Below, piece by piece: positions 10,705-19,440 of a stretch of 64,000 nt of DNA. Position 1 is the stretch's first letter; every line of letters begins with the position of its first letter. A program made the translations under genes and the position numbers. The notes beneath the pieces are model-generated. The model worked only from the letters and a program-made list of their open reading frames with translations. It did no database searches and was not told the DNA's origin. Source of the stretch: an uncultured Phycisphaerales bacterium (lineage in GTDB: Bacteria; Planctomycetota; Phycisphaerae; Tepidisphaerales; Tepidisphaeraceae). Where the stretch lies: assembly GCA_963758525.1 (NCBI GenBank), contig CAVWVQ010000003.1, positions 288,001-352,000 on the forward strand. Reading direction: 5' to 3'.

Positions 10705-13239
10705 CTACCTCTTCTCCATCAACACCGCGACAAGATCCCGCAATTCCTGATCCGTCATCCCCTGCACCAGCCCGATGGGCATCAGCGACTCCCTGCGCAT
10801 GATCCGATCTGTCACCGTCGGCTCGGACACCCGCGTCTCCTGTCCCGACGCATCGACATACACCTCCGTCTCCTGCCCGTCGCGGCGGAGAAGCATTCCG
10901 TCCACATGCTGCCCGGACTTGGTGATGATTGTCCACATCGTATAGAGCGGCGCGATTTCCCGGCTCGGCTCGAGAATCGATTCCAGCACGTGCTCCGGCG
11001 TCTGCGAATGCCCGATCATCGTAAGGTCCGGGCCGATCGCCCGGCCGCGCCCTTCGAGCATGTGGCAGCGGTAACAACTCGGGCCGGCCGGGTTGAAGAA
11101 GATCCTTCGTCCCGCGTCCGAATCGCCCGGCGCTGCAGCAAGGATCTTCCGCCAGCCGGCTTCATCGGATTCCGCGGGACGCGTCTGCGGAGGCTTTGTT
11201 CCAAGAACGCGGTCAACTAAATCCGCGTCGGCGGAATTTTTCAGGGCGGACTGTTGAAGTTGCTGGCGCTGCGCATCGGTCAGCGCGGACCCCATCGGCC
11301 GCAATGCGCGAAGCGATTCTTGTCGAACTGCCGGCGACTCATCGCCTGCGAGCTGAATCAGCAGCGCACAATTGCGGGCAGGATCGGCCGCGAGACCGAC
11401 CACGCACTCGGCACGCACCGCCGCGTCGGCTTTCGTGTCTCCCGCGACCTTCGCCAACAGCTCGAATCGGCCGGCGTCGGTGTCCGCCGACAAATAACGG
11501 GCGGCTTCGATTTGCAGCGCAGTCGAGGGCGATTGCAGCAACTTCGCCAGCGCATCGAGTGCAATCCTCGGATGGCTCGCCTGCATCATCCGCAAGGCGG
11601 AAATGCGCGTCGCATCGGTCGCCTCGGGAGCATCCATGCGCGACAGCAGGACGGCGCTGATCTTCCCTGAATCGACCTTCGCCGATCGATCGCCGTCCAA
11701 TTGATTGATCGCGGCTACCGTCATCGCCAGCAGCCGCGGCGAGAGCGTTTGCGACTGCAGCAGTTGATCCAGCGCGGGTCGGGCGGAAGCGATCCCCTGC
11801 TCGGTGACGCAGCGGACTCCCATCTGCCGGACGATGTCGCTCTCGTCACCCAACGCTTTTGGGATCTCGGATTCGAGATCCGTTCCGCGAATCAGCAGCG
11901 CGGCAAGGAGTCCAATCCGCTGCCGGGCCGATTTGAGCGACGACCACTCGATCTTCTCCGCGGCAGCGAGGCGCGAGAGACCGAACTGCGCCGCCTGCGC
12001 CGTCGCCGGATCGACGTCGTCCATGGCGGCCAATAATTCCGACACATCATCCGACTTGCGCAACCGCGCCGCGCGCTGGCGCGCTTCCGTCACCGAAGGC
12101 GATGCTTCGCCCGCGCTGGGAGAATCAAACGTCAGCTTCCAAACACGCCCCTTGCCATGAACCGGATAACTGGAGGACGCCCAGTCGGTGACGAACAGCG
12201 CGCCGTCTGGAGCGAACGCCAGACCCACGGGGCGAAAGTTGTCGCCGCCATGGACAATCGGCTTCATCTGCGCGGTGTAAGACGCGCCGTGCGGCGTAAG
12301 CACATAACTCTGCACCTCGTGATCCCGCCAACTGCTGACAAACAACCGCCCCCGCCCCCACTGCACCGCGCACGGCGCCTCGCCCACGCCGGCGACCATG
12401 CCGAGCGTCCCGGGAAGCTCCCCGTCCCACGCCTGCAGCGGATGCATCCCCGTTCGCCCGTAACGAAATTGGAAGCCGTAATCACCCCCCGGCGCGACAT
12501 CGATCAACCGGCACGGTGGCCGACCGTCCGGATCATTGTCGACCGCCCAGAGCGAGCCATTGGGATCGAGCCCCAGGCCGAAGGGGTTCCAGAATCCGTG
12601 GGCGATGCGAGTCAGCCCCGCCCCCTTCGAGTCCATTCGCATGATCGTGCCGGAGCCGGCTTCGTTGCTGACCGTCGATCCGTCGGATCCGACCAGCGTC
12701 CACGCGCCGCCGAAATTTTCGCCGATGCCGATGTAAATCGTTCCGTCATTCCCCAGTGCCAGCCCGTGCAACCCATTGTGCGGATAATCCGACTTGGTCT
12801 TGAGTTGCGCGAGGCTGATTCTCTTCGCGACGACGCCATGATCGTCGGGAATGAGCCGGAAGATTTCATTGCGTGAAGAGACCAGAATCGACCCGTCCCT
12901 GTCGGCCACGACGTTCATCAGGAAATTCTGTCCCTCATAAAATGTCGTAATCTTGTCGGCCTTGCCCGATCCGGTGGTATCTTCCAGCATCAGAATGCGA
13001 TCCGTCGCCGGCCCGTCATATTTCTTGGGGCGGAAGTGCGAATTGGATTCAACCACGAACAGCCGGCCGCGCCCATCCACCGTCGCGCCGATCGGCGTGA
13101 CAACGTCCGGCTCCGCCGCGAACAACGAAACCTTCACTCCCCCCTCCACGGCGGCCGGCGACTGGATATCTGCCGCGCGAACATGCACGGCTGCGAATAA
13201 CAAGCCCGTCCAGACCGCCAACATCGTCGAGCTATTCAT
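10705..13239 (-). CDS. PVC-type heme-binding CxxCH protein (beta-propeller sugar-dehydrogenase-like domain, HEAT repeats, cytochrome c)
   Basis: LFAAEPDV..P, GFWNPFG, FRPVG...PDGAL.VTDW, CYRCH, IGPDLT, SLMP.GL. Confidence 0.88.
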   Translation of the reverse strand: MNSSTMLAVWTGLLFAAVHVRAADIQSPAAVEGGVKVSLFAAEPDVVTPIGATVDGRGRLFVVESNSHFRPKKYDGPATDRILMLEDTTGSGKADKITTFYEGQNFLMNVVADRDGSILVSSRNEIFRLIPDDHGVVAKRISLAQLKTKSDYPHNGLHGLALGNDGTIYIGIGENFGGAWTLVGSDGSTVSNEAGSGTIMRMDSKGAGLTRIAHGFWNPFGLGLDPNGSLWAVDNDPDGRPPCRLIDVAPGGDYGFQFRYGRTGMHPLQAWDGELPGTLGMVAGVGEAPCAVQWGRGRLFVSSWRDHEVQSYVLTPHGASYTAQMKPIVHGGDNFRPVGLAFAPDGALFVTDWASSSYPVHGKGRVWKLTFDSPSAGEASPSVTEARQRAARLRKSDDVSELLAAMDDVDPATAQAAQFGLSRLAAAEKIEWSSLKSARQRIGLLAALLIRGTDLESEIPKALGDESDIVRQMGVRCVTEQGIASARPALDQLLQSQTLSPRLLAMTVAAINQLDGDRSAKVDSGKISAVLLSRMDAPEATDATRISALRMMQASHPRIALDALAKLLQSPSTALQIEAARYLSADTDAGRFELLAKVAGDTKADAAVRAECVVGLAADPARNCALLIQLAGDESPAVRQESLRALRPMGSALTDAQRQQLQQSALKNSADADLVDRVLGTKPPQTRPAESDEAGWRKILAAAPGDSDAGRRIFFNPAGPSCYRCHMLEGRGRAIGPDLTMIGHSQTPEHVLESILEPSREIAPLYTMWTIITKSGQHVDGMLLRRDGQETEVYVDASGQETRVSEPTVTDRIMRRESLMPIGLVQGMTDQELRDLVAVLMEKR

Positions 13240-13444
13240 TGCTCCCTCTGTGTCTCTGCGTCTCGCTTCTCTGTACGTGTTATATCTTCTGACGCCGGTT
13301 TGACATCCCGATCAACGCAGTCGCTTTACAACATAAACGCGTCCCGCGACAAACTCGTGTCGCAATCCCCCGCCACGCCCTGAAAACCGCCATCGGGCTT
13401 TACATTTTTGACGTTTCTTTACGTAAACACGACCCTCGCTCCAT

Positions 13445-13556
13445 CAGATTCCGCGAGTGCGATTCCACCTTGATTGCGAGTCTCCCAAAGCGGGCGGATT
13501 CTCCGTCGGAAATCATCTGCTCGCGGAGGCGCTCTCGATGCTCCGCTCCTGACTCC
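13445..13556. repeat. Degenerate ~110-bp non-coding repeat, copy 1 (copy 2 at 15234-15346)
   Basis: Ungapped hand alignment ~57/76 identical; shared blocks CTTGATTGCG and CGGAT.CTCCGTCGGAA; both end in CTCCTGACTCC. Confidence 0.7.
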
Positions 13557-13676
13557 CAGGGCAATTGCATGTGACAGTTTGTGGTGCAGGCTTCCAGCCT
13601 GCTGCTTGGGAAGCAGGCTGGAAGCCTGCACCACAATGGGAAATCGTCTTTCCGGAAGTCACATGCAATTGCCCTG
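13557..13676. mobile_element. 120-bp MITE with ISAs1-like ends and a 10-bp target duplication, carrying a REP doublet
   Basis: Perfect 19-bp TIR CAGGGCAATTGCATGTGAC/GTCACATGCAATTGCCCTG; direct repeat TCCTGACTCC at 13547-13556 and 13677-13686. Confidence 0.85.
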
Positions 13677-14367
13677 TCCTGACTCCCCGCTCCTCGCTTC
13701 CGACTCCTCCTCCCAGTCGACAGCTTGATATGTTTTAGGCACTTTTTTTTAAATCCTTCCCTTCGACCCGCCGGCCGCATCTCGCAATGCAACTGAAGTA
13801 TTTACAATCACTTGCCTCCGCCTTTCGTCCCCCTGCCGGCGCGGTCCAGCGCGGCGCAGTGCGCCGCGCTGCGCGAATCTCGGTCCGCACCCGACAGAAT
13901 TCCACACATTTTAGCGCGTCGCATGTCCCTCGCACGCTGAATTTGCCGCTTCGCGGACTTAATGCAAACATGACGAACATACTTCGGCGTAAATTAGTCC
14001 CCTTCCTCCCCTTCGTGCCGCAGTTTACCCGCCGCGGCGCGTGCCTCTCCCCACTCGTCCCTCGCCCATGCGACATCGCGCGACAGATTTTGCAGCGCCG
14101 CATGTCGCATCCCGCGTCCAACTCCTTGCCCTGCCGCGGGATGCTCTCCAGCCTGGCGCGACACCGCGCGAACAGTTGCGCGCCGTTCGCTGAAAACGGG
14201 GTTTCCCCGCGCGATTGCTGTTTGCGATGCAACTCCCTCGCCGCCCTCCAGCCGCGACAGCCCAAAAGAGTGATTGCCACGAAACAACGCAAACGACGCG
14301 GCGCTGGCTGCGCCCGCAACCCAAAGAAAATGAATCTGACCGCGGATGGACGCAGGGAAAGAGATTG

Positions 14368-14575
14368 AACCGCTGATAAACGCCGATGAACGCAGATTGA
14401 TCAGAGACTTCGTACGATTGCGTTTAACGTCCACTTGCGGTTTCCCGAAGTTGATCAAGAGGCAAATGTGAAGGCAGGAACCCACTTCCCAGCCCATTGG
14501 CAACATCCTATGCGTAACCGATCATCTTCTCAGTGATTTCGTTCAATCTGCGTTCATTTGCGTTCATCTGCGGTT
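14368..14575 (-). pseudogene. Internally deleted GxxExxY (PD-(D/E)XK-like) gene bounded by 33-bp inverted repeats
   Basis: Minus strand reads MNANERRLNEITEKMIGYA*DVANGLGSGFL fused to LHICLLINFGKPQVDVKR, the two ends of a GxxExxY protein; IRs 14368-14400 and 14543-14575 match at 29/33. Confidence 0.8.
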
Positions 14576-15233
14576 CCCTTTCTTCTGTTTGATAAAGCAG
14601 TCACACCAGCAGCGGCGTCGCCGACAGCATGGTGAAGAACCATGCGATGCGCCACGCATGTTCCCATCCTTTCTCCTCTCTGATCCGCGGCCATCCGCGA
14701 AATCCGCGGTTCGAGCTCCCAATTCTTTGCCTTTCGTTTCGTCGGCATCCGGCAGAAATTTTGTCGGCACGAAAAAAATCAAGTCATAGCCGTACAAAAA
14801 AGAGATGCCGCGCACGAGAGCAGCTTCCGATTCACTTTCTGCTCTTGCTCGTCTCTCTCTTTCCCTTTTTGTGTTTTTGTGTTTTTTGTGGCCATCCGCT
14901 CATTGATTCCAACGCGCTCGGCCATGGTCTCGCGCATCGTCAATCAGAGTGCGAGTTGGTGCTGAACCCGCGGCTGTCCCCGCCGATCTGTTGTGATTGC
15001 GTCACGGTATCCTTTTCGCTCGCCCCCGTGCGACATTGATTGGCCTCCGGCTTCTCCTCTGCCAACGATTTCGTCTGTTCCAAAGGCGTAGGGTCCGCTC
15101 GGCGGCTCCTAAGGTACGCCTCGAATGGCCGAAAGCGTCGAGCCGCCGTGCGGACCATTCCTCGACTTCCGCGAGAATCCTCGACGGCGCTCTCCGCTGT
15201 CCATAATGAGTTATCCATTCAACCCGTTTCTAA

Positions 15234-15346
15234 CAGATTTCGCAGACGGCAATCCAACTTGATTGCGTGTGGCCAAAAGCCGACGGATCCTCCGTCGGAA
15301 CTGCTCTGCGCCTGGGCCGCAGCCGATGTCTCGAACTCCTGACTCC
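15234..15346. repeat. Degenerate ~110-bp non-coding repeat, copy 2
   Basis: See 13445; contains perfect hairpin CCGACGGA-TCC-TCCGTCGG. Confidence 0.7.
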
Positions 15347-15475
15347 TGGGTTCCCTCTCCTCTCCACCGGCCCCGATTCATGGCGTTGAAACTACGAAAT
15401 CCCCCGTCTGCGATGCGACGTTTACTGCCGCCCGAATTTGCAATCAGAACGTCCAGACCCCAGCTTCCCCCGCAA

Positions 15476-15512
15476 AATGGCACGAAGTGGCACGAAATGG
15501 CACGAAATGGCA
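15476..15512. repeat. Decamer tandem repeat (AAATGGCACG)n
   Basis: About 3.5 units seen directly. Confidence 0.75.
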
Positions 15513-15618
15513 CATTATTTTCCGAGCCCGACCGTGCTTTCAGCGGATTTTCCTCCCCGTTTAGCCGGTGGGCATGCCCGCCGTGTCGCCGCAGGCGAAC
15601 CGATTTCCAAAACCACGC

Positions 15619-15786
15619 AGTGTCCTGCGCTATCCGATGCGCCGCGAAAACTTCTAACCGGACGAAACTTGCAACGGCTCACCATCACACAGAAGCTGTT
15701 AAGTGTCCTGCGCTATCCGATGCGCCGCGAAAACTTCTAACCGGACGAAACTTGCAACGGCTCACCATCACACAGAAGCTGTTAAG
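15619..15786. repeat. Perfect 83-bp tandem duplication ending inside the transposase left inverted repeat
   Basis: 15619-15701 identical to 15702-15784. Confidence 0.9.
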
Positions 15787-15803
15787 GTGACATCCATCTT
15801 TGA

Positions 15804-15831
15804 TTGACAGACTTTTTGCCGGAGTTATGAT
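15804..15831 (+). promoter_or_regulatory. Sigma70-like promoter giving a probably leaderless transposase mRNA
   Basis: TTGACA-16 nt-TATGAT, ATG 5 nt downstream, no Shine-Dalgarno. Confidence 0.55.
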
Positions 15832-15836
15832 CAACT

Positions 15837-16508
15837 ATGCCCCGCACGTCCCGCGCAGCTGTCGGCGGTCTTGTCTACCACGTTCTCAATCGCGGCAACG
15901 GCCGGCTGGAGATCTTCCGCAAGCCGGGAGACTTCCTGGCGTTTTGCGATCTGATGGTCGACGCCAAGGAACGGGCCGAGATCGAAGTCTTCGGCTTCTG
16001 CCTGATGTCCAACCACTGGCACATGGTGGTGCGGCCGCGTCGGGATCAGGACCTGGCGAGGTACTTCTCCTGGCTGACCAATACGCACGCGAAGCGGTAC
16101 CGTGCTCATTATCGGCGGACCAGCGGCCATCTCTATCAGGGTCGCTACAAGAGCTTCGTTGTCCAGGAAGATGGGCATTTGCTGACACTGCTGCGTTATG
16201 TGGAAGCCAATCCATTACGGGCGAAGATGGTGGAGCGAGCACAGGATTGGCAATGGTCCAGCCTCGGTTGCAACAAGGAGCTGTCAAAGAAGCTGCTCGA
16301 CGATTGGCCGACCGATCGGCCGCGCAACTGGACGGCGCTGGTGAACGAGCCGATGGATCCGGCCGCCGTGAAACGGGTGGCACTTAGCTTCGAGCGTGGC
16401 CGGCCGCTGGGAAGCGATCCCTGGACCCTGAAAATGGCGGGCCGGATGGGGCTGCAGTACACTCTGAATCCGAGAGGCAGGCCGAAGATGCCGGAAAAAG
16501 GCAAATAA
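15837..16508 (+). CDS. IS200-like/REP-associated tyrosine transposase (Y1_Tnp)
   Basis: YHVLNRGN, CLMSNHWH (HUH), GHLYQGRYKS, RYVEANPLRA (catalytic Tyr), W.WSS. Confidence 0.93.
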   Translation: MPRTSRAAVGGLVYHVLNRGNGRLEIFRKPGDFLAFCDLMVDAKERAEIEVFGFCLMSNHWHMVVRPRRDQDLARYFSWLTNTHAKRYRAHYRRTSGHLYQGRYKSFVVQEDGHLLTLLRYVEANPLRAKMVERAQDWQWSSLGCNKELSKKLLDDWPTDRPRNWTALVNEPMDPAAVKRVALSFERGRPLGSDPWTLKMAGRMGLQYTLNPRGRPKMPEKGK

Positions 16509-16592
16509 AAACGGTGGATGTCACCTTAACAGCTTCCCAGCAACCAAGTCCATTGGCCCGAGCGACCCGAAATACGTGCCCAACAACTAATC

Positions 16593-16883
16593 ATGCTAGG
16601 TATAAGCAAAAAGCAGGTTTGTGCTACCCTGGCGATGACGTCGGCAGTTGCTCTCTGCATCGTTATTTGGATGCGTGTGACGGGATTCTACACAATCGTT
16701 TATAGAGGATGGCAGGGACAATTCGTTTGTGTTCGAGGCTGGCCACACACAGCCTTTGACGTCGAATTAGAGGGTTACCTTGCGGCGCCTCTTGCAGTCA
16801 TGCTAGTAATATCATTAAGAGAATGCGGTCTTTTCAGCCGACTGCGTTCGCGGAAAAACAAACCTTGTGCGAGCAAAGCGTGA
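16593..16883 (+). CDS. Small AT-richer two-TM protein, candidate immunity protein
   Basis: 96 aa, two hydrophobic segments, preceded by a short open tail ending TAA at ~16590 and followed by Rhs sequence. Confidence 0.5.
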   Translation: MLGISKKQVCATLAMTSAVALCIVIWMRVTGFYTIVYRGWQGQFVCVRGWPHTAFDVELEGYLAAPLAVMLVISLRECGLFSRLRSRKNKPCASKA

Positions 16884-17674
16884 ACTGGATCACCGGAGCC
16901 TACCGCGGCTACAACACGAGCGGGACCAGCTACGCCCAGGCGGGCACGGTCGCGAACGACATCATCGTCGAGCAGACGGAATACACTCACGATGAAGCCG
17001 GCAACATGATCGTCGGTGCCGTCGCCTCTCGGCTCAACGACGTGCCAACAAGCGGGTTCGGCAGCACCGGCACGCTCTCCTATGGGAGCAATCCGAAGGC
17101 GCGCATCACGTACGTCGCGAGCTGGTTCGACGGGATTGACCGCAACATCGCATCGGCCAACTACGGCGCGATCGTCAGCCTCACGCGCCCCAGCACGGCG
17201 CCTTCGTCTTCCAGTACGGTGTTGGTGATGGCCCGCGCCTTCGATGATGCAGGTCGCATGTATCAGACCACGGACGCCAAGGGGATCATCAATCAAACGG
17301 GCTTCGACAACGCCAGCCGGATCATTCAAACGATCGAAGATGTCGGCGGCCTGGCCCGCACGACCAATTTCACTTGGACGCTCGACAACCTTGTTTCGAC
17401 CATGACGGCGGTGAACTCCACTACCGGCGATCAAACCACGACGTGGCTCTACGGCACAACGCTCGCCGATTCCGGCGTCGCCCGCAACGACCTGCTCGCA
17501 GCGACGATTTATCCGAACACCGATCTTTCGTGGGCCACGTTGACTGCCGATCAGTGGGCCAGCCTGACGGCCGACCAGTGGGCGGCCCTCCGGGCCTACC
17601 CGGTGGACACGACGTTCGCGAACTACAACCGCCTCGGCGAGAAAGCGACATTCACCGACCAGGAAGGCTGTTAA
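16880..17674 (+). pseudogene. RHS/YD-repeat core fragment, truncated at the transposase inverted repeat
   Basis: EQTEYTHDEAGN, ASWFDGIDR, FDDAGR...TTDAKG, FDNASR, YNRLGE...TDQEG; frame ends at the TAA inside GCTGTTAAGG. Confidence 0.8.
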
Positions 17675-18254
17675 GGTGACATCCATCTTTCTTGACGATG
17701 CTCATCCGCTGGATAAATCATGCAACCATGCCCCGCACGTCCCGCGCAGCTGTCGGCGGTCTTGTCTACCACGTTCTCAATCGCGGCAACGGCCGGCTGG
17801 AGATCTTCCGCAAGCCGGGAGACTTCCTGGCGTTTTGCGATCTGATGGTCGACGCCAAGGAAGAGGCCGAGATCGAAGTCTTCGGCTTCTGCCTGATGTC
17901 CAACCACTGGCACATGGTGGTGCGGCCGCGTCGGGATCAGGACCTGGCGAGGTACTTCTCCTGGCTGACCAATACGCACGCGAAGCGGTACCGTGCTCAT
18001 TATCGGCGGACCAGCGGCCATCTCTATCAGGGTCGCTACAAGAGCTTCGTTGTCCAGGAAGATGGGCATTTGCTGACACTGCTGCGTTATGTGGAAGCCA
18101 ATCCATTACGGGCGAAGATGGTGGAGCGAGCACAGGATTGGCAATGGTCCAGCCTCGGTTGCAACAAGGAGCTGTCAAAGAAGCTGCTCGACGATTGGCC
18201 GACCGATCGGCCGCGCAACTGGACGGCGCTGGTGAACGAGCCGATGGATCCGGG
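17667..18254 (+). mobile_element. Second, 3'-truncated copy of the TIR-bounded Y1 transposase (ATG 17728)
   Basis: Left IR 17667-17685; coding sequence essentially identical to copy 1 except KER vs KEE; breaks at ATCCGG. Confidence 0.88.
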
Positions 18255-19195
18255 CTCACCGCTGGCAGCGCCTCGGCGATCCCTTGGAGCAACCCGGAAC
18301 TGTCCGCTTGGCCAGCTTCCGCAAAATGTTTTTTACCTTCGAGATTGCGTTCTCGATCGGATTGAAATCCGGTGAATACGGTGGCAGCCGCAACACGCGG
18401 CAGCCTGCCTTCTCGATCAATTCGTCAACCCGCCGGTCGTTATGTGCGGCAAGATTGTCCAGCACCACGACCTGACCCTTGCGCAGGACCGGGATTAATT
18501 CGTTGCCGAGAAACTCAACGAACTTCGCGGCAGTGGTGCCACCATCAAAACTGGTCGACGCGATGATGCCTTTGGTCGACAAGGCCGCGATGGTGCTGAT
18601 GGTTTTAAAATGACTGTGGGGGAACGCTGTCGACCACTCGCGCGCCCGGTGCCGCGCGACCGTGCGTCCGCTGCATCTTGGTATTGGCACCGAATTCGTC
18701 GAGAAAAACCAAATCGATGATTCGCGTGCCGGCGAACCGGCCGAACCAGGCGGTGCGCTTGGCTACGACTTCGGGGCGATCCCGCTCCGCGGCATGCGTG
18801 GACTTTTTTTTCGCGGCAACTTCAGCCGCTGAAGCGTTCGGCAGGCGGCCGTGAGACTTGCCGGCTTGCCGATCGCCGCCACCACCTCCGCGAGCGTCGA
18901 GTCTGGTTTCCGCTTGATCAACTTGCGGATCGCCGCCTCGTCTTTGTCGTCATACGCACGCTGGTCATCGGTCCGGGCTGATGACTTGGGAGCAAGGCTG
19001 CCGGTCTTACGCAGTTGCTGAGTCAGCCGACGAACCCACGACTCGCTGCAACAAAAAGTCTCAGCCACCTCGGCGGAAGAACCCGACTCCTCGTGAGCAC
19101 GGGCGACGCGTTCACGAAAATCCATCGAATATGCCATTGTTGAAGCGTAAACGATCATGCCGCCCCGCGCCAGAGGCTGACGCAAACCGCTCTAG
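18255..19195 (-). mobile_element. IS630 family element, truncated at its 3' end
   Basis: orfA MAYSMDFRERV...LPRKK with A7G slippery site at ~18803-18811; orfB FLDE, VVVLDN..AH, LPPYSPDFNPIE; TAGAGCGGTTTG end near 19195. Confidence 0.88.
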
Positions 19196-19209
19196 CCCGG
19201 ATTATTCAT

Positions 19210-19440
19210 AGCCGGCTTCTTAAAATGCAGCCACCCCCTTTAGGAACTTCTAACGGGACAGGTGTGACAGGTCCAATTCTTTTTAAATCGCCTCCTCGGG
19301 CTAAGTTCACCGAAAATCGCGTAATGGCAGAAATGGGCTTAACGCCTCGGGAATCATATAATTATTCCATATTGAGGCAATTGAGGCAGGAGAAGCTCCC
19401 AGCTGGTGCCACTGTAAATGGTGTTACCAAATCCAGGTGA
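19210..19440 (+). pseudogene. Orphan 3' gene fragment, candidate toxin C-terminal tail
   Basis: Frame open back to the IS junction, AT-richer composition, stop abuts the next ATG. Confidence 0.4.

Larger units (their letters stand above)
15778..16533 (+). mobile_element. Y1/HUH (RAYT-like) transposase element bounded by perfect terminal inverted repeats
   Basis: GCTGTTAAGGTGACATCCA (15778-15796) and its reverse complement (16515-16533) flank the transposase ORF. Confidence 0.8.

Noticed and set aside
13700..15600. ORFs called in this stretch (e.g. 13787-14368, 15263-15790)
   Set aside because: Arg/Ser/Pro-rich with no motifs, built from repeats, and overlapping on both strands; treated as spurious
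15619..17685. Repeats as a CRISPR array or integron attC sites
   Set aside because: No regular repeat-spacer periodicity and no cas or intI gene; the 19-mer occurs in inverted orientation around a transposase and does not fit GTTRRRY/attC structure
19193..19210. TAGCCCGGATTATTCAT as the end of another IS
   Set aside because: No partner repeat or transposase in the window; cannot be supported
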